A stretch of 62,822 nucleotides of DNA, counting the filler, from Asterionella formosa (taxonomy: Eukaryota): NCBI GenBank assembly GCA_002256025.1. It is 19 parts of 19 records of this genome, joined end to end, with 100 filler letters (N's around TTAATTAATTAA, not from the genome) between each part and the next. Parts side by side here need not be neighbours in the genome. Positions count along the whole stretch, not along the records: positions 3,803 to 32,463 come from NKIB01001158.1; 18 more parts are not named here. One strand, given 5' to 3'. The notes below the pieces were generated by a model. It saw only the letters and a program-made list of their open reading frames with translations, was not told the DNA's origin and made no database searches. The translations under genes and the position numbers were made by a program. Of this stretch, positions 12,572 to 25,698 are shown piece after piece (positions within the stretch are counted from its first letter, which is position 1; each line of letters begins with the position of its first letter).

Positions 12572-13714
12572 GGTTCCTGCATTTGAACCCCTAGCTCGAG
12601 GTAGGGTTATAAAATAATATTGAGTCAGACTAATCAAACAAATACTCTTCACATATAAATCAAATATGTATAACGCTCAACAGACCTTTCACCATTAGAC
12701 ACCCTTTCCAAATGCTTAAATACAGTCTTCGGACAAAGTAGGGGTGTAGGTCCACTCTATATATTGTCAGTATATAGGATCTGGTCAGAAACTGCAGAAA
12801 GGAACTTCTGTTTTCAAACTATGCTAAAAAGACTGGAAAATCGGGGGAATTCTGTTTATTTGGTATAGTTAAAAAACCCGGAGTTCCTATCTGCAGTTTC
12901 TTGCCAGAAGTTATATACTGATGCTATTTGAAAGTTACCTATGTATTGAAATCGCCTTCAGACCCAGACGAGGTTGAGCTACTGTTGTCCAAAAATTCGA
13001 CAAAATCGGCCTTTTTTACAGTCTCCAAAAAATCGGAATCAGAATCACTATTTGCCAAAACCTCATCATTGGAAGGTAGTCTTGTGCTAAAATGTTTCGG
13101 CTTAAAATCTGCTGTACAAAAAGTTCCATTGTAAGGACCCGCTGCATTATTCATATTCTGATTGGTTATACTTACATCCGTTAGAATAGCCCGGTTTGCG
13201 AGGTTTCGCAATCCCATGCCCGCCACACTGGATACACATGCAACATTTTCTTGGGTGTTGGCCGATGCGATATCCACGACCTGGTACCGGTACCAGGTAC
13301 ATGGTGCTCCTGGTACCCTGGTACCAGGTAGCAGGTACCGGTACTGGTAGCTGATCATCATTAGTCATAGTACCACTACCGGTAATGAACGAGTACCGGT
13401 ACATCTCTTCTACATAGAATGCACTTTCAAATATTTTCCGAGACGCCGGGTCGTACAAATGACACATATTTGTTCATCTGAGCATACTAAAAGTAGCGTA
13501 GCTCTATGAACATCCAGCGATGAAGAATCTATATATGTAAATATTTACGGGATATGAGAATGAATGTACGCACGTGCAAATTTCCACTGATTTAAATATT
13601 TCAAACGTAATCATCGATATTAAAAATTAGCGCATAAAAGTTCTTAGGTCCAGGGAATTTCGTCAACCCCAAGCAATATTTTAATTTTTGCCTAGGGGTT
13701 CAAATGCAGGAACC
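12572..13714. mobile_element. Non-autonomous TIR DNA transposon, family C copy 2
   Basis: Perfect TIRs GGTTCCTGCATTTGAACCCCTAG / CTAGGGGTTCAAATGCAGGAACC, flanked by TAA and TTAA. Confidence 0.8.
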
Positions 13715-15314
13715 TTAAGCAAAACAGTCTTGCTTTAAGCAAAACAATTGAGAAGCAAATGGCAGAATAAGCAAAACAGATTGGTCTCAATATTTATGCT
13801 AAATCAGATTAAAGTTAAATATTTATAGGAACAACAAGCCGGCCGGGCTGGTTTATTAAACGGATATCAAGAAGATGCAAATGTATTAATATGGAATTGG
13901 AATCAGTATCGCCAGTACGAAGTCTTACATGGAACTAGGTATAGCAAAATTACCGCAACTTGCTAGTGCTTAAGCTTAAAGTAAATAATCTTTTGGTGCT
14001 TAGGTTGAAATTAAATATGTGTTAGGTGCTTAAGGCCGGTGCTATCCGTGGACAAAAGCGCCAATCAAACAGTGTTGTCCGCAAACGCGTTGTTTGCATT
14101 ACTGGTAGGAGATTCCGTCCCTATGTATATGCATCCCAATAAGTTTTACCTTAACACATTACCACGTTTGTTTATATAACTTTTTGCCAAAGTTACCTTC
14201 ATTTAGGATTCTGTGTTGACTACTTAGAATGTAGGAAGGACAAACCCCAATTATTCTGCTCAGCATCGTTCAGTCAGTATAGTATATTGCGTCCGTGTAT
14301 TAATATATCGGTATGTACCCTGGACATTGACCCTTGTAACAGTAAAGGTGTACCGGTACCTGGTACTGGAATAAGTCATCATTCATTTTCATCATGTCAG
14401 CAACAACTACAACAAACCGCTGACGATTTGATGACAGCAACAGGAGCTCAACAGCATCTATGTTGCACATAGCTTCTCCCATTTGTGACACAACGTAGGC
14501 CGAGTGATGCTCCATCTCGACAGGATGTCCTTTGTTGACAGTGCCGAACAAAATAATGTGATACATACTAGTAGCTTCTTACAAATGAAACATAATATGT
14601 TTTATTTTCTGCACATGTACAATATTTGGGTGCGTAGTACCAGATGTACAACGAGGAGACAAGAGCATGGGGGAGGACATGAGCACAGGATTTATGGTAG
14701 TCTATACGCCTATACTCCCACCTTTGCTATCACGTTTTACAAACTGCCAGCACTGACATCACCTGTGGGTTGTATTTACTCCAGTATGTGACATACTCCA
14801 AATACTAGTCAACATACCAACAACATCATCTGGTAATAGAGATATTTGCTTAGTTTAATCTTTTCCTAAGTAAAAAACGTGTTTACCGGACCTTCCTGGA
14901 AGATCCGGTAGCACATGTTTTGTGCGCACCTTTTCAGTTTCGACTCGCTCCCAATGATTCATCCCATGCCTGCCGGATGAGATATGCCAGCTTTCGATGG
15001 AAACAGTGCCCCTTAAGTAATTTAGGAAAACGATACTATTATTGACCGACGAGGATTTGTAGAATCAGTCACTGAGCACAACTTGGATTTACTGACTGAT
15101 GAATTTAAAAATTTCGAAAGTATAAATTACTGTATGATAATATGAAAAACAAAATGACGGGTTTATATGATCAATACGCATTGTAGAGGACCCAAAACAA
15201 AATTTGAAAATGTTGAAAGTATACATTACTGAATGATCATATAAATCAGAAAATAACGGTTTTATCAATATGCATCATACTATGATCTCATATATACACT
15301 ATACCAGCACTATA

Positions 15315-15860
15315 GACCAATACAGGGTCAACCTTGAATTGCAAAATATTGTCACCTTGTATTGGGATGAGACATAGTACCGCCAAAGCCCAATACAGGG
15401 GCCACCTTTGATTGGAAAATATTGTCACCTCATATTGGAACTTATCACCTTGTATTGGAACTCATGACCTTGAATTGGGACATGTTTTAGTACAGCCAAA
15501 ACCCAATACAGGGGCAACCTTGAATTGCAAAATGCCACCACCTTATATTGGGAAATAAACATAGCCCGATACAGGGAATACCTTGTATTGGATGATATTC
15601 TCACGAAAAACAAAGGAATACCTTGAATTGGAATGATACCTGGATTTGTTTTCACCTTGTAGTTGACTTGTCATACCAACGTTTTGCCAATACAAGCAGG
15701 TGAACCTTGTGTTGGAATGGTATATTACCTTGTATTGAAAAAAATCAAATGACTGATTCCTTTGTATTGGAAAACATTGCGAAGCCCATTATAAGGTATG
15801 CCTGGATTTGGATGTCGAAAACCGGTTGAAAACGTACCAAGAATTGCCAATGCAGGGTGC
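15315..15860. repeat. Array of an ~11-bp motif CCTTG(T/A)ATTG(G/C) in both orientations
   Basis: Roughly 20 or more degenerate copies at irregular spacing, often as inverted pairs CCAATACAGGG..CCTTGAATTG. Confidence 0.75.
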
Positions 15861-16493
15861 TTTCGTTTCCTGTGGAGTCTTAAGGAGTGAGTTGAAACTG
15901 AATAAGTGCGCCTAAAACGTGCGCAACTGGGCCGTCCTGGTACCAGGTTGCTTCGACACTGGTTCCAAACAGTACATGTGTACAGTAAAGTAACGGTCGT
16001 ACTGGCGGGAATAGGAGGAACAAGTTTACAAGAGGATTTATTTATTTATTACAAAGCTTTAAATACACATCCGTCCTGGAACCGCTAGACATGCGATCGC
16101 TCCTGAACATACCGGTATTTACATAGTATGTTCATACGTATGAGCATGTGCACTTTCGAATCGGGATCAATATGCCGGTATATAAGCATGCGCTGTACGT
16201 ATGATTCTGTGGGTGCCATAACGTGTTCATTTATATAAGATACACATATTCAATTACGAATATACTTTTTATCAATTGAAGGCAAGCAACTGTGAAGTGC
16301 TAACTCGCAGCCAAGCAAGGGCAGCCAAGAAAAGGAGATTCATTTTACGTTCAGTCCATAGAATCTTGTTTCAGTCGCGGCCTATTGTAATGATAGGAGT
16401 ACGACTGTGGTTCAGACGCACAGCAGCACATCAATGAATATTCATCATGTATGTAAGGTGAGATTCGTAGAATCTTTACTTATAATTGCAACC

Positions 16494-18362
16494 ATGTCAG
16501 CAGCAAATACAAGTTTCGTTTCTGCTTGCCGTTGGTCAAGCGGGCAATTGAACACAGCCACCGCTCCCGGCTCTGGCTGGTCAAATGGAGAAGTGCCTCA
16601 TTCCATGTACCCAGTCACGCGAGATGGACGCGTCTCGTTGTACTCTACTCACCGACGCTGGATTGGGTTGTCTAAGGGTTGGACGAGAATCGGCAATGGA
16701 TCCACTGAATTCGACTCACGCCACTCGGCGTCGCAATCTGCAGAAAGCGTTCTCGAAAGCTACGAGCATGAGGCACTGTCTGTGAAAAGTTTGATTGCTC
16801 AGCTCTGCGAAAAATTTTATAGCTTGGGATGGGCCACTGGTACCGGCGGAGGCGTCAGTATTCGTGTCGGAGGCCCCTCCGAAGACCGCCCTTGGCGCAT
16901 CTTTGTCGCCCCTTCTGGCATTCAGAAAGAAGACATGATCGCAGCTGATGTTTTTGAGCTAGACATGGATCGAAACATTGTGGTTCCACCTGCAACGCCC
17001 AATTTGAGACTTTCCGGTATGTTGACTGTTTTCTTATGAAATTCTACTTTCAATCTGACTCTCACAATTTCCTCCCGCCCCAAAGCCTGTACACCCCTTT
17101 GGTACGTTGTCTATAAGCACAGGCCAACTGCCAGATGCGTGATTCACACGCACTCGTTGAACGCGCAGTTGGCAACTCTCCTGGACACCACCGAGACCAG
17201 CGAAACTCTCAAGATCACGCACTTGGAAATGATTAAAGGTGTTGGGAACCATGCGTATGACGATGTCCTTGAAGTACCCATCATTGAAAACCGCCCCTCT
17301 GAAGACTTGCTGTCCGAGCAACTTGAGGCTGCTATTCTCAAGTACCCAAAGTGTAATGCTGTGTTGGTGAGACGACATGGATTGTACTGCTGGGGGGACT
17401 CTTGGGAACAAGCCAAAACGCAATGTGAATCTTTTGACTACCTCTTTGAATCTGTAATTCGAATGAAGTCCATGGGTGTTGATCCCGGTCTTATTCCAGT
17501 CCAAGGAAGTTATCGTGTTGAAAATGCAGAGGGACCACTCATGAAGAAAGCCAAGACGGACGATTCCGGCTTTAATGGTAAGGGTCTAGTCGACAATTTT
17601 GCCGACGTCGAAAGTTCTCCCATTCCATTGCTTCCAAAGAATGGCAAGATCTTGCTTTTGGATATTGAAGGCTGCACGACCTCGATCGCCTTTGTAAAGG
17701 ACAAGCTCTTTCCATATGTCTTGGAACGCTTGGATAATCACGTTGGAACATTGCCAGAATCCGACGTTCGATCATTATTTGAGGCATTGAAGACAGACAT
17801 GGAATTGCTATCTGATGGTCTTCCCTCCTTAATGAATGAAATCGACGAGTCAGCCGATGGTGTAATCGCCATGGTCAAAGAGTTGATGGCTCACGATGTA
17901 AAGGCAACCGGATTGAAGTCACTCCAAGGTAAAATGTGGAAGTCAGGTTATAATGCCGGTGAAATAAAAGGACATGTCTATGATGACTTTGTTCCCCTAT
18001 TGCACTGGTGTAAATCTCAAGGTATCAAAGTGTACATTTATTCATCAGGATCAATCCAAGCTCAGAAGCTCTTATTTGGAAATGCCGAATATGGTGACCT
18101 CCTGCCCTACATAACTGGTCACTTCGACACTACTTCTGGCTCGAAAAAGGAATCTACTTCTTACCAAGTGATTGCTAAGTCGATGGGTGTCAATCCTGCA
18201 GATATTTGCTTTGTTAGTGATGCAGAGGGAGAACTTGTAGCTGCAAAGGAAGCGGGAATTGGGAATATTGTCATGAGTATTCGACCTGGGAATGTACCCC
18301 TAACTGCTGTTGGCAAAAAATTCCCCGCAGTTCATTCTTTGTTGCAGCTTTGTGGCTGCTAG
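16494..18362 (+). CDS. Bifunctional methylthioribulose-1-phosphate dehydratase / enolase-phosphatase E1 (MtnB-MtnC fusion, plant DEP1-like); intron 17017-17085
   Basis: MtnB motifs: [24 protein letters not shown] restored by GT-AG splicing, IHTHS, LVRRHG. HAD/MtnC motifs: [44 protein letters not shown]. The start codon is uncertain. Confidence 0.93.
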
Positions 18363-19689
18363 AATGAGAAATGCGTGGCATGCATGCTTGTTACTAAATT
18401 TCAGTTCTGAAACGACATGATTTATCAAGATGACAACGTAGAGAAATATATATATGTATAGAAATTATTTTTTACAGAAAGGAAATGCTGGTAAATTCTT
18501 GCTACCAGTTAATAACTGCTATGACCCACTAAAAAAATTGGAACTGCTGCTGTGACCCACTGAACAGGAGAAAAAAAACGGTTTGACCCCACCAAATGCA
18601 GATTTGTTAAATTTAAAACTTTGACCCCAATCCTGAGCATGTGCACTTTAAGGCTATGCTATTAGATTTAAGTTTTAGCAATTGATTTCTCCTAAAATAT
18701 TGGTTGAAAAGTGCAATCGACGAAAATATTGCCAGAACATGGATTACCCCATGTTTTGAGGATTCATTGTTATATGATATATGCTGCTCTATACAAGAAA
18801 ATTGCCTTCAATTGATTTGGTGTCTGATTCCTGTCATATCCTTAACCCTGTCACTTGATAGTGCCTAAGTAACTTGAGCATTATAAACTGGCATGCCAAC
18901 TAGACCCACAAACCATTATTGCCAATACACTGGAAAGGAAATGTGTACATACCAGTATACAATTTTTAGCTCATAATATGCATCCAAACTATGGCAAAAA
19001 TGAAATCGACTGTGCCTTTGGGCAAGGGGGCTCAGTCTATCAGCAACACAAACAAAGCCAGGATGATTGAACATTGCCTATTGAACATTTCTACAAATAT
19101 GGAAGTGTTGAAAGCAAACAATAATGGAAAACTCATGCTGTGCACAATATACAAGAACTTGTCCCATGGGTGACAACACAGAAAGTGAAATACTTTCTAA
19201 GGAAATTGAGGTTATCTGGTGGCACCAGTACCAGCACAGACAAACATCCTGAGGAGGATGCGCATGAAAAATCACAAGAAAAAGCGATATATCTATGCTG
19301 ATAATGGATGGTGTATAAAATTACAGCTATAGCAGAAACAAAAATCATCATTCTTCCATTACTACTATGATTATGTCTACAAGTTCTAGTTTGCCTCCTG
19401 CCAGCACTTTTGCTGCATCAACTGAGAGTAGCACCACCATTCCTGCCACTATGGTGGTTGTCCAAAGGGAACAACCGCAGTAGCCAGCTCCATCATGGCA
19501 GAAAAGGTTAAATAATGTATTTCCAATTTGGCTGCAGAGTATATGAGGGTGAGAGAAGAGGAAAAAGAGAAAGGAGGAGGAGAATCACGAGATGAGAAAT
19601 ACACTTACCTGTATAATAATGAGAGAAAAGGAGGCGCTTGGTATTCCTCCTGCTGTCAATATTAATTTCGAAACAGTTAGAACACATGC

Positions 19690-19900
19690 GAAAAGAAAAA
19701 AATCAAGGAACAAACACAGCTCGCATCTCACCTATGCTTGAAGTGGAACCTTACATTGTGGAGCTCATTGGTCAGTTGGGTAAAATGCGTTTGGCCATCA
19801 CATGCCGAGAGGGACTGCAAATTGCAAATTCACTTGTAAATGGAAAGTTGACAATGGAAAACATTCAAATCTGGCGTCGTAAGCATTGTATTTCATTCAG
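19690..19900 (+). pseudogene. Probable DNA-transposase N-terminal remnant
   Basis: SPMLEVEPYIVELIGQLGKMRLAITCREGLQIANSLV resembles the CENP-B-type HTH region of pogo-like transposases. It is an isolated fragment. Confidence 0.35.
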
Positions 19901-20289
19901 GGATGATCACCAACCTGTCCAGAGTACTACAACAACACTACCTGAGCCCTACAGGAAAATGCTACCTGTTTTTTGGTAGAATTTCACTGCATAATGACAA
20001 TGCATGTATTGGTGCAATCTAATGGTATCAGGTACCAGATACCAGGTACCGCTGCGTGTACTGTGCCAATATTAACTTGCTAGATTCGCCACTGCATCCC
20101 AGAAAAACCTTGCGCTGATCAGCATAGTAGTAGATGCATATTTCCCCATCCTCCCTGCCCTGCTGCTTGGTGTAAATAGTACACTTTCTGGTTTTTTCGT
20201 TCTGCAATTCCAACTTCCTATTCTTACCAAGGAACAAATTTAGTTTGGTGTCTTGGAAGGTTACTCTTATAATCAGGATCCACATCCAT

Positions 20290-20327
20290 GTTTGTTTGTT
20301 TGTTTGTTTGTTTGTTTGTTTGTTTGT
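20290..20327. repeat. (GTTT)n microsatellite
   Basis: About 9 perfect units. Confidence 0.95.
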
Positions 20328-21049
20328 CCTCAGTACCTGCTTGCTTGATTGTTGGTGTTGTTGGTTCCTAGAGCAAGCTGTTCTACATTGACATATGGTA
20401 CATTGCTTGGCTGGGTAGCCTACTAGATAGCTATACATAAGACATTTAAATACTAGCTACAACTTATATAGCAAATGTTGACTATTCCACGAGCTCTACT
20501 AAAGTAGAATCTTAGCTAGCTCGAGAATGGATCTGACATATAGGGATAGTACTGCTATGTAAACTAACCCAGATATATGATTCATCAGTTATAGACATGT
20601 TGTACAAACACAAGGCATAAGAACTTCAGAACACTTAATACAATGTCTGATCTTGATGAAGTAAGGGTATCATACAGTGATTTCCTTACGGTTACTAGAC
20701 GGTCACCTGTACTAGAAAGAAAGTAGAACTTGTGCTCTAGTAACCAGTAACTCATAAGGAAAGGATGAGTAGCTGACAACAATTGAATTCGTAAATTCGT
20801 TAAGAAACAGTATCTCAAAGTCAGCATAAAACCTGCCTGACATAAAGAAACTAATGGTTTAGAATTTTTATGTCTTGCACATGGGTACTGAAGCTAGATG
20901 ACTAGAAAGGTTCACAATGACATACAGTGCTCAAATCATCACTTTTCCAAGCCTACTAGCTCAGCCAAGCGATCGAATATAGCTAGATTAAATAATCTTC
21001 ATCTCACTCGTTTTAATCATTTTTCACTCTGTTTGTTTCTCTAAACTTG

Positions 21050-22403
21050 TTTAGGACTGATCGCCTTGGTAGCATAGGGCAGCAGATATTTCCATTTTGG
21101 TTTGCTGTTGGCATTTGTTGAAGCAAAACCACCTTTAGAAATACTGCCCCTGATCACCATATGTGCCATCATTCATGCAATCTCATCCCATGAGCATTCA
21201 TTTCAACTTTCATTTGTTGATGATTACTCACAGATTCTTTTTTGCCAATTAACCAATGATCGATTGTCAGAACTCATGATTTTACTACACATCATCTTGC
21301 AGAATTGTCTGGCCCTTTCTTTAGTAATTTTTGGATTGTCGTTTCTTAGCTGGAAATCTCACAGATTTCCGGGTTTTTGCATTGGTTCATGCACTCCCTC
21401 TCAACTTTAATGGCCAACAAAAAAAACCAGCACAACTGCCTTTTGACAGGGATGCACACAATGAGAACATGGTTTGGAGCATCCCTCTCCTCAAAACTTG
21501 CTAAATATCAGACTCTAGAGGTTCTTTGCTTGTGATTTTTCCCTTGTCTGCAGACTTATTCCTTTTTATGGCCCTTGTGATGAAGAGGCCATTGACAGGC
21601 ACATACACAACCTATTGGATTTCCACAGTGGATGATAACATTCCAAGTGAAAGACAATTTGGCATAAAATACTACAATACCCTTTTTATTAATATTTGGA
21701 AGAATACTGGCCAAGTGTTTGGCTATCATATTTGTTTTCCCCAGGCTCCTCTACACTGAACTCACAGCTTTTAGTATAGGCTATATGCCATCATCTCTGC
21801 CTGTACAACATCATAAAAATAAGTACACATTTGAAAGCATGGGAATGTGTTAGTTCATTTACTCTCCTGGTCAACATTGTTGCCATGTTTATGTTTAGTT
21901 TAATTTAATTAATGATCTTTTACCAGTAGTAGAATCCCTCAGCAACATCACATCACACATCAGTACACCAGGTACACCCGTACAGGTCGTACGAGTCGTA
22001 CTCAACGGTACTCACCAGGCAAGTTGCGGTCATTTTGCTTAAACTAACATTTTAATCTGGGAAAAAGAAGGCTAAATCTTTTGTTTCAGCAACATTACCG
22101 CAACTTGCACAGGTACACATGCCTGGTACTGTACCAGGTACCAGGTACCAAGTAGAATTTCTTGGACAATACCATTGTATACCGCAGGTTTCCATTGCTC
22201 CGTTGGTAGAATTATTCTACCAAAATGTGAAAGAAATCTACCCCAGTAATAATGGGTAGAATTTTTGCCTTTCTCCATACCATACTTTCACCACGTCCAA
22301 GCAAGGAAGGGCGGGCAATCGGACAAGTTTGACCTGTCCAGAGTAGAACACTACCGGATCCCTACAGAAAAATACTACGTCGCTAGAATTTCGTCAATAA
22401 TGT
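21050..22403 (-). mobile_element. Decayed CryptonS copy retaining its left end
   Basis: 22403-22150 is the reverse complement of 35038-35288. 21890-21050 aligns by eye with the YR ORF at 35345 (ATGGCAACAATG.., TATTTTATGCCAAAT.., ACAATTCTGCAAGATGATG) with many indels. Confidence 0.85.
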
Positions 22404-22474
22404 ATGTGGCTGGATGCAACTTTTGGGGTCACAAGGTAGGTCCCATACCAGAGCAAAACCCCTGACCCTATGTA

Positions 22475-23457
22475 TATAATATTTTGCGCCTACTTTTTGG
22501 CCAAGTATAAAGGCAAGTTTAAGAAAGACTACTACAGTTAACAGCGGTGATCACAGAATTTAGTAGTACATGAGCTACAGGGACCTCCGGGTCCCAATAC
22601 TTAAAAAAATCCTAAAAACGACCAATTCACCATGACGAAACGCGCCATCCAAGCGGCCAACCAGGCAAAGAAAGAACAACTCATATGTGGGACAGAACCA
22701 TAAGATAGTAATAAAATCCGGCAGAAAGACGAGAATGCAGAAAGAGGAGGAGATGGAAAAACAAACAAAGATTAACGCAGGAGCGGTGAAAACCAGCGAT
22801 TGCATGGATGTTGATTTGGCGTTTTCCACAAACACTACACACAGTTGGGGAATTCACAGCAATGAAATCAACAAAACACAAACCTGGCAAAGACAGTATC
22901 AAGAGAAAAGAAAAAAATGTAGCACCTTTTTCACGATAGTGAGCGCTATTACAGTGCAAGAAGCAGAAGAATAGCCTACAAGAATGGCGATATGCCAAAC
23001 ATTAACAAGAATAAAGAAGAAGAAAGAGAAATGAAGAAGTCACTGATGAAGAAATTGCGCCCAAGCTGGATGGGCTGCTCAATGCAATAAATTTTGTGAT
23101 AACGAAGACAATGAAGACAAAGAAAAAACAATGAATTGGAAGCCCTGTAATCACCAATTGTTATGAAGACTTCAAATTGAATCACCAGAATTGGGGCCAA
23201 ACAGGAAATCTTTAACCCAATCCACATTCACCATCCCATTCTCCGGCTGACACAGGAAGTGCAGTCATAGAGAACCGAACCAAGAACAAAGCTACCACAA
23301 TTTCTTTTAAACTACTTCCACTCAAGAAAGCGACTGCCAACCAAACCTCTCCACCACTCCACCTTATATGGGCCATGGAGCGCAATGACGGCAACTCTAG
23401 AAATAGAATAGTAAGAATGCGCTATAAAACTGATTAATTTATAATATTTTGCGCCTA
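22475..23457 (+). mobile_element. 947-bp insertion flanked by an 18-bp direct repeat (putative non-LTR retroelement derivative)
   Basis: TATAATATTTTGCGCCTA occurs at 22475-22492 and 23440-23457. The interior is A-rich with a stop-interrupted reading frame. Confidence 0.6.
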
Positions 23458-24673
23458 AAACTCCTTGTTAAAATCACATTGACTATGTAGGTATTATTCT
23501 GTTGGTTTAGTCAATAATTTTACAACCTCCTGCACCGCTTGATTTATCAACTTAACCGCCATGATCAGTGCTATCGTTGAACGCATCAAGCGGCGTGGGA
23601 GCACACGATTTCGATTATGTATGACATGGCAAGTCCACGCCTACATGACCAAACAATTCATGTGCAGAAGCTCTTCAGCTTGACAGTGGGCTATCTAGAG
23701 TTGAAACTGTACAGGTATGCCTCAAATATGGTCCTATAGCAGTTATGGTTAAGCTACTACAACGATTTCACAACCATCGCTGTGCAATGGACTTCGATTG
23801 CAAGTTCATCATGAATGAACTCAACCATGACAACAACGAGATCGGATGAAGAAATTATTTAAATGGATACATAAAATTTATCCTTATGGATGTTATTTAT
23901 GTACAAATTTTACTTAAGCTAAAATTATGTTGTACTGGTAGCTACGGTGGCTACCTCATATCTTATAGTTTCAGGATGCACCCAGCCATATGCATACCGG
24001 TAGATATGTAGATAGCCCCAGCATTGTTTGCATTTGTTGTATTAGTCCGCCCGAGAGCGAAGAATCGAAAAGTCCGATTCACGATTTCCCTCCTTGATGC
24101 TTGCTTCGCTCCTCAGCAGTTTCTTACCGCCATGAGCTGCTGCTGTTGAGCCGTTAGATATATACCGGTAATAATCATTTCTTTGGCTGAAGCAACCAAA
24201 AGTCTCTTTTCTTTGTGAGTTGAAACGACGGCGATGTCCGCAATGATAGTGAAATCTGGAGTCTACCTGCATGGAGAGACGAGACGAAGATTCCGAGTAT
24301 TGCGGATATATATGACGGGGGTTGAATCATTCGTCCATGGTCGCCATGATCATCGGAGTCTTGAGACGATCCGTTGAGGCAATGTCTGCCTGTCGACCTA
24401 GTATATTGATATTTCTTCATACACGGATATACAGAAATAACCTGCCGCATTGAAATTCTGAAAATCATTTGCAAGTATGCTGTCGCCTTGCTTCCCATGA
24501 ACAAAGGCACTTACTTGGCCCTCTGTGGAGACAAGCAGCGACGCCTTTGTTCGTTTGTCGTCGCGATCATCTTCTCTCCTCGTTCATCAACGACAATATG
24601 CCATCACAATGACACCTTGCTTAATTTCTCACGTTTTGCCTCGTTTGTTCCCAGGACCGATTGGTTTTTGTGA

Positions 24674-25436
<763 letters not shown>

Positions 25437-25698
25437 TGGTAGAAAAGGCCAGGCACGTTCAAGTTGAACACACAAGAATATTGGATATGAGTTGATTCAG
25501 GAAATAATATCTATGCGAGCTGATGCTCTGCTGTGTGAAAATGCACCATTGCAGTATAACTTAGACGTATTTCTTTGAAAGCATCTACTTTTTCCGAGGA
25601 TAGCCGCTGCTGTAGGGGGCACCGTTCCTTGGTGGTTATCACAATGCATTTCTGCTGTAGAAATAGAATGCGTATCAATAAAGCTTTAACGAAGTAAC

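Noticed and set aside
16141..18650. 16-bp direct repeat TGAGCATGTGCACTTT flanking the MtnB/C gene
   Set aside because: More likely independent small TE ends. There is no other sign that the gene was mobilised.
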